Below, in pieces: positions 34,546 to 45,322 of a DNA stretch of 64,000 nt. Within the stretch, counting starts at the first letter, position 1; each line of letters opens with the position of its first letter. The translations under genes were made by a program, and so were the position numbers. The notes under the pieces were generated by a model. That model was not told where the DNA came from and searched no databases. It worked only from the letters and a program-made list of their open reading frames with translations. Origin of the DNA: a virus; the IMG/VR virus record IMGVR_UViG_3300045125_000039, positions 4,475-68,474 of that record; one strand, written 5' to 3'.

Positions 34546-34978
34546 TGGTTCCATTCATGAACTTTCGCCATGCAATAGCATCTCTTATATGAAATTGACG
34601 ATTCATGATACCTTTAAGAACTGAACTGAGGTATTCTACTTTTTCTTCTTGAATGGACATCTTGTTCTTTAGTTCAACAAGATCCTTATCTGCATCTAGG
34701 TAAATGTCTACATCTTGTCGTAGGATCTTAAGATCAAAGGGTTCCCAACCAAGTTCTTTTAATTGATCCTCGCTGAGTTTACCAGTGTAGTATTCCCATT
34801 TGAGTTTGAACATTCGGGAATAGTTTGTCTTGTATCCCTGAAATCGCAACTTCTCTTCATGATAGAAGTTAAGATACTTGTTGTGTAATTGAGGAATACG
34901 CAGAGACTCCTTATCGAGTTCTGTATCGTCAAATGCCATGTCTTGTTTTGCTTGTTCAATTAATTCATTTAAAGTCAT
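34541..34978 (-). CDS. uvsY: Recombination mediator UvsY
   Basis: Intact ORF: ELDKESLRIPQLHNKYL...KWEYYTGK...RQFHIRDAIAWRKFMNG. Confidence 0.93.
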   Translation of the reverse strand: MTLNELIEQAKQDMAFDDTELDKESLRIPQLHNKYLNFYHEEKLRFQGYKTNYSRMFKLKWEYYTGKLSEDQLKELGWEPFDLKILRQDVDIYLDADKDLVELKNKMSIQEEKVEYLSSVLKGIMNRQFHIRDAIAWRKFMNGTI

Positions 34979-34984
34979 GATGTA

Positions 34985-35012
34985 AGTATAACACAGAAAA
35001 TTAATTAGTCAA
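34985..35012 (-). promoter_or_regulatory. Sigma70-type early promoter for uvsY (probably leaderless)
   Basis: TTGACT-N16-TATACT, then 6 nt, then the ATG of uvsY. Confidence 0.7.
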
Positions 35013-35525
35013 CTTTTCAACATAATAACCTGTATATCCGAATGATGCTGAACATGCTACAGGAACTATGTCATTTACAGTTGTCAATAATTCAATATTT
35101 GAAAGTGATATTGGAAAACAGTTTCTAAATGTAACTGCAAAAAATGGTTTTGACACACTATTCATTATCAATAAAGTTGCATCTGAATAATAGTCTTTTT
35201 CTTTTTTGGCATTACTAAAATCTACTGTTGGTGGTATGGATGTTACCCAATCATGTAATTGTTTCCAGTTTTCCATATCTTCTGCAACAAGAAAGTCCAT
35301 GTCAAAATTATCATATGTTATCTGTCCTGCAGGTCTTCTCACAGGTGTGGCAAATGGAGTTGGTTGTTGGAATTCATTTAATGATAAACCGGGCAGATTT
35401 GCTCTTTGACAAAAATAAACTACATGTGGAATTCTAGAGAACACAACACGGAACTCATTTGGTTGCAATGTATTCAGTGTTTGTGGTTGTCTTGCTATTA
35501 CAGATTTTAAATATGATCTATCCAT
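35001..35525 (-). CDS. gp3: Tail completion/sheath stabiliser (gp3-like)
   Basis: Intact ORF: LQPNEFRVVF...YFCQRANLPGLSL...FLVAEDMENWKQLHDW...SDATL; position after gp23. Confidence 0.85.
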   Translation of the reverse strand: MDRSYLKSVIARQPQTLNTLQPNEFRVVFSRIPHVVYFCQRANLPGLSLNEFQQPTPFATPVRRPAGQITYDNFDMDFLVAEDMENWKQLHDWVTSIPPTVDFSNAKKEKDYYSDATLLIMNSVSKPFFAVTFRNCFPISLSNIELLTTVNDIVPVACSASFGYTGYYVEKLTN

Positions 35526-35530
35526 GTAAG

Positions 35531-35538
35531 TATTTATA
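35531..35538 (-). promoter_or_regulatory. T4-type late promoter TATAAATA upstream of gp3
   Basis: + strand tatttata 35531-35538. Confidence 0.7.
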
Positions 35539-35546
35539 AAATGATA

Positions 35547-35568
35547 AGGGAGGTCTTTCGACCTCCCT
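35547..35568 (-). terminator. Hairpin terminator downstream of gp23
   Basis: agggaggtc-tttc-gacctccct stem (GAAA loop on the minus strand) followed by an AT-rich tract. Confidence 0.65.
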
Positions 35569-35591
35569 CTCAGATGAGAGTTACCTATTTA

Positions 35592-37028
35592 TCAAGCAGT
35601 TCCACCGTAACTTGCGTCGTTGCCGTGGAGGTTGTCTACACGGAAGATGCGGTAGTATTGGTTTCTTCTGCGTTGTAGTCTCATTGCGTCTGGAGCATTG
35701 TCTGAACCGAGGACGAATGGATTGCTTACGATACCGTAACGAGTCTTGAATCCAATCTTTGGTTGGAATGTACCAGTATCGACTGCTCTTACCATTTGTA
35801 GAGGTACATATGGGCAGTAGAAGATACCTGCATCGTATGGGCTTGTACCCTTATATCCAACGCAAACATAGTTAACTGGATTCCAGTTTTCGATGTGTGT
35901 TGGCATGGAGTATGGATCGAGGTAGACCTTGATCTTACCACCAGCGATTGTACCTGCTAATGTGCTACCGTTTACATCGGTGCTCATTGCAGAGTTGAAT
36001 GCTGGGCTAAAGTCGAGGATACCACTCATGCTGAGTGCAGAGATAACATCTGGTGATGCTACCATCATATTTGCACGACCTCTACGAGTTTCTGAACCGA
36101 CGACATTTGCTTCTCTTTCAATTTGGAAGAGAAGACCACGGAACTTCTCAGCACTCCAACGACCGTCAGAATCCTTCTCTAGATCGTATACGCCACCTCT
36201 GGTTGAACCAAAGACTGGTGTGCTATATGAAGTTAGATCGTTTTGTTGGCAACCCAACTTAGCAACATCGTAAATCATTCTTACGAGTACTCGCGGTTGA
36301 TTTCGAACATAATCTCGGTTGAGAGAATGTTTGCGAGTTCTGTTTCTGCATCTAGACCGTGAACTGCCTTGAGGTCTTGTGCAAGTTCTAGAGTGTATTC
36401 TGCCTTGAGAGCACGAGTCTTTGCTTCAACTGCTGTCTTCTCAATTGTGAAAGACATTTCACTGAAGTTGTATGTACCACCACCAAGTTGTTCTGCGCTT
36501 GGATGTTTCCATACCGCGACCTGGCTCGAAGCGACCATCGGTTGTACCTAGATCGTCTTGGAAGAGATCACCCATGTTACCAGCGTGAGTACCACCGAGG
36601 TTGCTACCGCTGTGACCTGTATCTGCTTCACCCATGAATGCTTCGCTACCAGTTCTTACACCAGAACTATTGACTGAATTATAACGGCTCTTCATTGCGA
36701 AGATGAGTCCGGTTGGTCCTGTCATTGGTTGAACGCCAGCAAGATCGTATGCCATTAGATTTGGCATTGCACGACGAACGAGGCTGATGAGGATTGGATC
36801 GAATGAATCGATACCAGTTGTTGTACCTGCACCTGGGTTTGATGTACCAAGTTGTGTACCTGCGATACCTTGATAGGTTTCTCTTAGGTGTCTCTCTTGG
36901 TTCTCAAGAAGAACTGTTGTGCAGTACTTCTTGTAGTTGTCTTTGATTTCTGGAAGCGAATTGTGTTCAAGGATTGGCTTCCACTTATTCTTAACTGATT
37001 CTGATAAAACTTGACGAGTAGGTTCCAT
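35592..37028 (-). CDS. gp23: Major capsid protein, frameshifted
   Basis: FDPILISLVRRAMPNLMAYDLAGVQPMTGPTGLIFAM, KTRALKAEYTLELAQDLKAVHGLDAETEL, FYCPYVPLQMVRAVD..TFQPKIGFKTRYG. Confidence 0.98.
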
Positions 37029-37083
37029 CTTTTTTTGCTCCTTTTATGGTTCTATTTCTATATATAAAATTAATAATTTAGAC

Positions 37084-38300
37084 TTATCCTTGAAGTGTCC
37101 TTCCGAGAACTTCAGAGTAAAGTTTGATATTATCGTTTACGAAAACTTGTTCTGGGTTATTGTCGGTTTCTTCCATTAAAGTGTCGATTACTTGACCAAC
37201 ATTTTTTGCATCTGCTGGTTTTTCTGCTATCTTTGTTGGAGTTGACTTAACCTTTGTATAATTCTCAACCAATAGTTTGACTTTTGAGCGGAAGTCTTCG
37301 GTGCTGGAGAACTCAACATTCTCTGCTAGTTTACGAAGATTCTCAGCGTCAATTGCTTTAGAGTCTTTGTTTCATCTGCAAATACTGCTTGTGCTTCTAG
37401 AAGAGCGATCTTCTCAGATAGAGCAATATTTGTTTGAAGTTCTTCATTTACTCTAGTTTCTAAAGTTTCTACTGCATCGACTAACTCATCAAATGCATTT
37501 TGCTTATCTTCAGGAACTTCGATATAAGACTCTGCAAAGAGATTCTTTAGTCCTTCAATGAAGTTTTCAGCAATCTCTGTTCTTAAACCATTGTCTACTG
37601 CTAACTTGTTTTCCTGTAATCCATTCTTGAACAACATAACTTAGATAATCGCTAATGTTTTGATTCAAGTTCTTCTGCTACTTGAACTACTGATTCTGCT
37701 AATCTTTCTTCAAAGATTGATGCCATTTGTTCAGTAATTGCTTGTAGATTTGTATTGATTGATGCCTCATAAAGTGCTGCTGCTTTATCAACAAATTCAT
37801 CAGATACATCAGCACCGAATAGTGTTTTTACTTCCTCTTGCATTTGTGCTTTGTTTAGAGATGGAAGTTCAACACCAGCAAATGATGGTTTCATTTGTAA
37901 TGTTGCTTGATTTGCACCTGCATTAACATTTGTTACTTCTGTTGTTTGGAATGCTGGTTTGCCGTTGACAGGAGTTGGTGTACCACCATGTGCATCTTGA
38001 ACAGCATTGCCAGTTGATGTTGCACCACCTGTGCTGCTGATGCCATAGATGGCTTCATTGATACTGATGCTTGGTTCTTACCTGCATTGCCACCTTAGAT
38101 TCTGATCCTGTTGATTGAGATTGAGCAGGTTCTTCATCAGCACCTTCGTCCTCGCCCTCATCTTCATAATCTTCACCTTCGTCTTCACTTTCTTCACTCT
38201 CTTCTTCTTCACCTTCCTCTTCGTCTTTTTCTTCGAAGAGTTCTTCGTTTTGTGGGAAGAGTTGTTCTAAAATTTCGTCTGCTAGTTTCTTTGGATCCAT
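37084..38300 (-). CDS. gp22: Prohead core scaffold protein, frameshifted
   Basis: Acidic N-terminus; FVDKAAALYEA, ENKLAVDNGLRTEIAENFIEGLKNLFAESYIEVPEDK; position between gp21 and gp23. Confidence 0.9.
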
Positions 38301-38329
38301 TTTTAATATCTCCTGTTCTTAGTCTGCAT

Positions 38330-38337
38330 TATTTATA
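38330..38337 (-). promoter_or_regulatory. T4-type late promoter TATAAATA upstream of gp22
   Basis: + strand tatttata 38330-38337. Confidence 0.65.
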
Positions 38338-38987
38338 TATTTTTAAATTTTGACAAAAAGTGTTCAAATATCTTTAATTGGGTTTCTTCTTGTAGTCTCT
38401 TTGGGGTTTTATTAAGTTTATTTTTATAATTCTCTAATTGGACTTCCTTAATAATTCCATTTTCCCATACCCATTCTTTACCTTCCATAATACCGTTTAC
38501 GAAAGCACCTGGGGCTGATGGGTCTGCTACGATGTCAACGGCTGCCAACATAAAGTCTGGTTGAACATAATTGACACCATTCATTTCCTTCAAAGAACCC
38601 ATACCGCGGCTAGAAACCCCTAGTTTTACACCTTCTTTAATTAAAGATTCTGCAATTTTACCCATAGGGGTTGTAGTTAAAATTTTGGCTTTTCCTACAC
38701 AAACATTACCCTCAAAGGTTAAACTTTTGATTGAATGTGATACTTGATTCAAATTTACTGTTGGGTTTTCTGGGTGTCCTAATTCACCTAAAGCACGACC
38801 TGCTTTTACGAAATTATCAACATAAGATTTTACTGCTGATTCTAGAATTTGTTGAGTATAAACTCTACCGTTACGGTTCTTTTCTTCAGCAACCATGTAT
38901 GGATTCAACAATGTACATAGACTTGGAACCTTCAGATTCCTCAGTAATATACTTAATATCTTGAATGGTTTCGGTAATTAGTTTCAT
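38333..38987 (-). CDS. gp21: Prohead protease, frameshifted near the start
   Basis: MKLITET..., KNRNGRVY, RALGELGHP, GVSSRGMGSL, DIVADPSAPGAFVNGIMEGKEWVW. Confidence 0.96.
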
Positions 38988-39261
38988 TTATTTTTTCCCT
39001 TTAATTGCTTTGCCAATTGCTTTTCTACGATTTAGGAGATACTTATCAGTACCATCAACATTACCGTCATTGTCAACATCCTTATCTTCTTTTCCGACAG
39101 GATCTAATCCTTCTTCAACTTGTTTTTTGTAAATTTCTGCTGAAAGTTGAACTCTTCTTTTCGTTTAAAGCATCATATGCTTTTGCGTATAATGTATCGA
39201 ATATATTCTTACGAAACTCTTCTACATCACCGTCTACCAATGATTCTATAAAATTTGACAT
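38988..39261 (-). CDS. Prohead core protein (gp67/gp68 position), frameshifted
   Basis: [28 protein letters not shown]...[36 protein letters not shown]. Confidence 0.7.
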
Positions 39262-39289
39262 ATTTTTTCCTCTCTTTTGGGGTCTGTTA

Positions 39290-39297
39290 TATTTATA
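39290..39297 (-). promoter_or_regulatory. T4-type late promoter TATAAATA upstream of the prohead core gene
   Basis: + strand tatttata 39290-39297. Confidence 0.65.
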
Positions 39298-39309
39298 TAG
39301 TTAATTATT

Positions 39310-42300
39310 TTAACCCACTTCACTTGGTGCTCTTGCACAGCAACAATAACCAGGACAACCAGATCTACAATCATCAAATGGTGCATTTCCACAATTACAT
39401 ATAATAACATTGAGTCCTTGACTACATGGGTTTCCTGCACATACACAATTTGTTGTGCTATAACCGGGAGTTCCTTTTGGACAATATTCACCAGAACATT
39501 CGGGTTCCTCGCCACCCCCACCACATCTGTCTTCATTGTAACAGAAAGCACAACTAGTAGATAAAGGACATCCAGTAGCACACGGAGTTACGCCGCAATC
39601 TACTCCACACCCTGAACCATTTGGACAAACAGCACAATTATTTGCATCTGGACAACCGCTATTGCAAGGGTTTGTTGCACATGCACCACCACAGTTTGGA
39701 CTATCCGGACATACCGAACAATTATCTGCATCTGGACAACCAGATGTACATGGACTTATTAAACACTGATCTTCTGTTTCATTACAATTTGGACCATTTG
39801 GACAGACTGTGCAGTTATTTTCATCAGGACATCCGGCTGTACAAGGTGATGATAAACACAAATCAATAGAAATTTCAATTTCAGGTAATTCTATGCAACC
39901 ATTTTCATCACAGTCACAATGTATTCTATTTTGCATATTGTATAACAAATTATCAGACAAAAGAGTATAGTCTGGTGTCTCTGGAAATAAAGTAACACTC
40001 ACTGGTGAATCATATATCTTCTCAAGTACTGGACTCGTTTGGAGGTCTTCCAGTGTTTTTTATAGACTCTTCTATCGCTGAGAATAATGCATTTTTATAA
40101 TTTGTTTCTAGATGAAATGGTGCTTGTTTTTTGGTACACAACATTTGTGTTGATCTGATAATCTATTTCCTTCTGGATTTAAATTCATAGCATAAGAATT
40201 ACAATTTCTAAGATAATATCTAATACCAGAAGATATTCCTCTATCATTATTTCCTACATTTTCTACACATTGATTTGCATATATTACTTTATTTTGTTTT
40301 GTCGAAGACGCTGTTTGAATACAATCTCTTCTCCAATAATCATTCGAAACCAATTTGATTATATGACTTGATGTTTTTGGTGTCTTATAATCTTGACCAC
40401 CGGGTGATGGTATTACAGTAGTGCCAACTACACTATTGTTATAATCTCTAAATTGATTACAACCACAATCTTGACCTGTAGGACAATCTGAACCAACTCT
40501 ATTATCAAAAGGATATCCTGATGTATCCGATCCCGGTGATTGACAATATTTTACATCACCAGTGAATCCAGTTACATTTAAATCTACTTCTTTTCTAAAG
40601 ACAGTAGCACATGGTAATCCCACACACATGTGTTTTGATACTGCTCAAAACCCAGGAGAACCACCAGGTTTTTTCTCAAGATTAATATTTTGCACCACAG
40701 ATGGAGCACCACATTCACCACAAGAACTTGTTGCGGTTGTACACCACTCATCTTGTATGTTTGATGTTCTTGGTAGTGGTTGATTATGGCATACTTTATG
40801 GGCACGAAGTGCACCCTCCTGGTCTTTGTCTTGGGCAATTATTAAGACATGATTGTAAATTAAAATAATAAGTTCCAGAAGTTGGTTCAACTGTTGTGCA
40901 TTGACAGCATTGACAATTTGGCACAGAACCACATGTAGTTGGTTGGCATATTTTGACATGTATAATATTGACACTTGTAAAAACTTGCTCCAAGTTTATC
41001 AATACAAGTTTGGAAAACTAAACTATCCAAATTCAATCCAAGTGAAGTTGCTCTTTCTAATGTCCAGAAACAATCATAATTACTAAAATCTGTAGGAACA
41101 CCATTTATTACAACTGTTCCTAATGCTTTAATTGCATCACATGTCATAAGTTCACATGGAGAAGTTGGTACACCAGATGAATCTACCTCTTGTAGGATCA
41201 CAATCTGTGCTGTTATATAAATCTCTTACTTTCATCGTTCTCAGAGCACAAAGATTTGTAGAATCTGATATGTTTATTACTTGTCCTGTCTTTGGATTTG
41301 TTCTACAAACTGTTGAAACATCTGGTTGCATACTACCACACCCACACCAATTTTCGCTAGCACAATTACAACCACTTGAATTAAAAGTAGTAAATGCTTC
41401 TGATGTGTTTGTTCTAATATAACTGTATGATGTATTTGATACTGGTTGAGATTTGTGATTACCGGGACACAAATCCCAGGTTATTATATCTCTGATATCT
41501 GGTGTTGACCAATTTCCTGTTTTTGGAAATGGATTTTCTTCATCTATTCTTGGTATGTTAAAACTTTCACATGGATTTGTACAGCAATTTTTAGAGTTCA
41601 CATTCTTCAACAGGAGGTTGTAACTCTCATCTATTTCTGAAGTAACAGTATAGTTTTGACAATCTTGAACTACTAGATTTTAAACTAGTTATACCAGTAT
41701 TCATGCATGAAATATCCTGGCAATCTGTTACCAGATTCATCATATCTTGGTGCTCTGTTACAATCATCAGTTCCACCAGCACCTACAACCTCATCTACTG
41801 AACATGGAAAAAGAATTTACAACATTGTGAATTGCAAAATCCTGAAAGTTGACTACCTGATTTTATACAATTTTCATAGGTGTCAACATTAAATAATCCA
41901 GAAGCAGACAACTCTTCTATTCTTCTCCTACAAGAATCACATGGGAATGGATTTAATTCGCCATTTCCACTAGATGCTATACAACTTGTATCTGGACAAC
42001 ATTTATACCATTTACAACCACCTTCATTTGCGGTTTTACCACAACCAGATGCTCTAGCAGAAAATACTCCGCTTTTACCATTATAATTTAGCGTTAAATT
42101 AATTGTATTCATCCTCCACCATTTCCACAACTACCAGGAGAACCTATGTTGCTATCTATTATTGCAACTATTATATTTGTTATCACTTCCACTCAATATT
42201 GGTGCTATTTCTGCTGCACTCAAAACAGTAGACCCTGATGGACTACCAACTCCACACCCACCTGCACATGCAGATACTGCTCCTATTGCACCTTTTGGTA

Positions 42301-45300
42301 CATATGTTTCGGTAGTTGAATTATATTGAAACCACTCAAAGCCAAATCTACCACATGAGTCACATCTTCCGGAAAATTTAAAGTTGCATTGGCAGATGAA
42401 TTATAAACAAACGATTGACTTGGTTCATATGAACAACCACCATTTTGTCCACTACTATTTAAAAAACTTACAGGAAACCCTGCTGCATATTCTAATAGAT
42501 CTTTAGTTACACCTTGACCTAAAATCATCAAAGAAATATTACCAACAAACCCACAGCAAGTATTTGGTCTATACCCATTACAAGCAGATCTTGGTTTATA
42601 ACCATTGCGCTTTTAAATTATCAAATATATACATGGGCCAGGATTTGAAAAACCAGATAACCCATTAGAGGCAGTTACTATACTGTAATCTTTATAAACT
42701 CCTGGCATAATTTACCCCCTCTAGGTATAAATGGTGCACACCCCTCAGCATTGCATGTTGGATCTGCCAAGCATTCCGATCTAGTCCAAGATCTTGGTTG
42801 TCCATCTGGTGTAGTTTTGTCAATATTCCTTCTGCTCTATATTTATCACAAGGGTTTGCACAGCAACAATTTTCACCACATTCATTTTTTGGATATAAGT
42901 CATAATTGTTTTTTCTTGTTATACAGTTCCAATAATCAGTCAAAGACTTATTAACATATACTGGTGGATATACATCAATACCACTTCCAGGATTTTGTGC
43001 TTCTGCTGCATTTCTTAAAGCCCTAAGTGTTGGATGTCCAGATGAACCATATTCATCCTTGAGATCACATGACGCATCACAGTTAAATTTGCAGCAACCA
43101 GATCTTGAACAAATATCAATTTGTGAACATGTAAGATTATATCTTTTGGACAACCGCTACAGTTTATACTACAACAATTTCTATCTTTACATTTTCTAGA
43201 TGCAAACACTCCTGATTGTTTAAACATTGCTCATATTCTGATATATTATCAGCAACACAAAATCTGCACACTCTTGACAACATCCCTTTCTATCATAAGA
43301 ACCACCATCTGCAGCAACACATTCAACATAATCAAGTGGCGCACCTACGCAAGGATTTACACAACAACTACTTAGATCTGGATTGCCTGCACATTCTGGT
43401 GATTGTAGACATGCATCATATTCCATCTTTGTATTGCTTGGACATGAATAACACTTACTCCTCTTGCACTCAGGATCATCACATTCACAATCTATTCTGT
43501 TCTCTAAAATATATGATAAATTTTTACTATAATAGTTCAAGTTTGGTCTATAATTTGATTGTATATCTGAACCATCGTGTAGAGCATCTGCTCTAAACAT
43601 TGTGTTTGTTTCGCCATAAGGAGTAAATTCTTTAATAAATGGTCGCTTATCTTTGGCAAACAGCATCTACTCACATTTGAAATTTCTGCGTTCGGACTTA
43701 TGTTCATAGAATATGAAGCACACTTTTCTATAAAATACATACCCAAAGCATTTCCGCTGCTTCTAAAGATGTATCGTTTAAATAAGGATCTCCAACATCT
43801 TCAAAACAATTCGATGTGTATATAACTGAATTTTGTGAAGCATCTAAACTATCTGCTATGTTTGGAGACATTCTAATTGTACAATCTCTTTCATAATAGT
43901 CATTAGAAACTATTTTCATTATATGACTACCCTGAAAGGAGATCTCCAGAGTTGATCGGCTTCACTTCCGTCAACTGGTCTTTTCTGTCTATAGTTTTGT
44001 CCATCTGGATACAAGACCAATCAACATTTCTTGTTTGACTACAACCAACAGATTCCTCTAGATATTCTGGAACACTAATTGAAAAATTACAGCCACATAA
44101 AACATAGTCGCCACCACCATATTGTGACCAAGGTAATCCCGTTGTTTTAAACCCACCCTGTGTATTCCAATTAGAGTTTGTTATGTTTGGCTCGGTGATC
44201 TTTTCTACTATTGCTGTATCTACCAAGTGATGGAATTTATTTCCAACAAAAACAACCATGATTGTATTATCATCAAAAAATGGTTCTAGTGGAAGAGTGA
44301 CAGTTGCATTTGCAGTTTGACCAGTATTGCCCTTATTTGCACCATTTCTAAACCAACCAGAGTACAACAAATATTTCATAAAACACTTGTTGGATGTGCA
44401 TCTCCATCTATTGTTTTTTCTGATAAAATATTAAATGTATCTCTTTCTCTTCCGTCTATAACAACTCTTCCGTATGTTCTACAACTGTAGAAAAGATCCC
44501 ATTTAAAAAATGCAATAGAAACAGTCAATGCTTCAGAATGCATACAACCAAAATTTATATTTACTGTTGAACCCGGTGCTGCAACTAAGACATTATCAAA
44601 TTCATTTTCATTTACACCAAAGAACCTAAGTTCTTCTCTATTCATTCTTGGATGTCTTATTATAGGATGAACTTTTAAATCACCAGGATGATTTGGATTG
44701 CTTATTCTATTTACTCTTTTTATTACAGGAGTAATTTCTTGAAATTTTATTCTATATCTTTAATTATTGAATGGATTAAGCTGATTCCTCTTGTTCTTTT
44801 TCTTCTAGGTTGATCTGGATTAGTAGATAAGTGGTTGTCATTGTTTCAGAAACATTATTTCTCTTCCAACCAGCAGGATTATCTTTAAAACAACCATAAA
44901 AAACATGACAGAAAAAATCAAACCACTGACTACACCCTGCTTGTCCACCCTCCCATAATGCTGAACCGTTGGCAGTGACATTTCTTGAATAGTCAAAGTA
45001 ACCACATGCATAAGGATAATTGCTTCTTGGCACTCCAGGATCATCATCTTCTCAAAACTGTTTTACCAAGTGTTCTTCCCTGTGGATTATCTCCACCCTG
45101 AACAGTTCCAAAATAACCACTATCAATAGAGTTACCAACACACATGTGTCTTGATATATTAAAAAATCCAGGCTTACCGCCAACTGCTTTTTCCAAATTT
45201 ATATTACTAATTGTAGTTGGAGCACCACATGGTTGATATTGACATTGAATATCACTAGCAGGAACAGTTCCTTGAGGTGAAATTAATGGTAATGGTGGTG

Positions 45301-45322
45301 GTATATTGTCTTGTGCACTCAT
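39310..45322 (-). CDS. Giant cysteine-rich protein X (about 2000 aa if one gene), multiply frameshifted
   Basis: Plausible start MSAQDNIPPPLP at 45322. Successive Cys-rich ORF fragments join across frames to the clean stop after GYCCCARAPSEVG at 39310. The last 230-aa fragment has about 39 Cys by my count. Confidence 0.6.
39525..39860 (-). repeat. Four tandem 6-Cys repeats (about 28 aa): C..PC.xGCP...NC.VCP....C
   Basis: PCTAGCPDENNCTVCPNGPNC / PCTSGCPDADNCSVCPDSPNC / PCNSGCPDANNCAVCPNGSGC / PCATGCPLSTSCAFC. Confidence 0.9.

Noticed and set aside
38111-38260. Acidic low-complexity tract as a separate repeat element
   Set aside because: It is the Glu/Asp-rich N-terminal region of scaffold gp22, which is ordinary for this protein.
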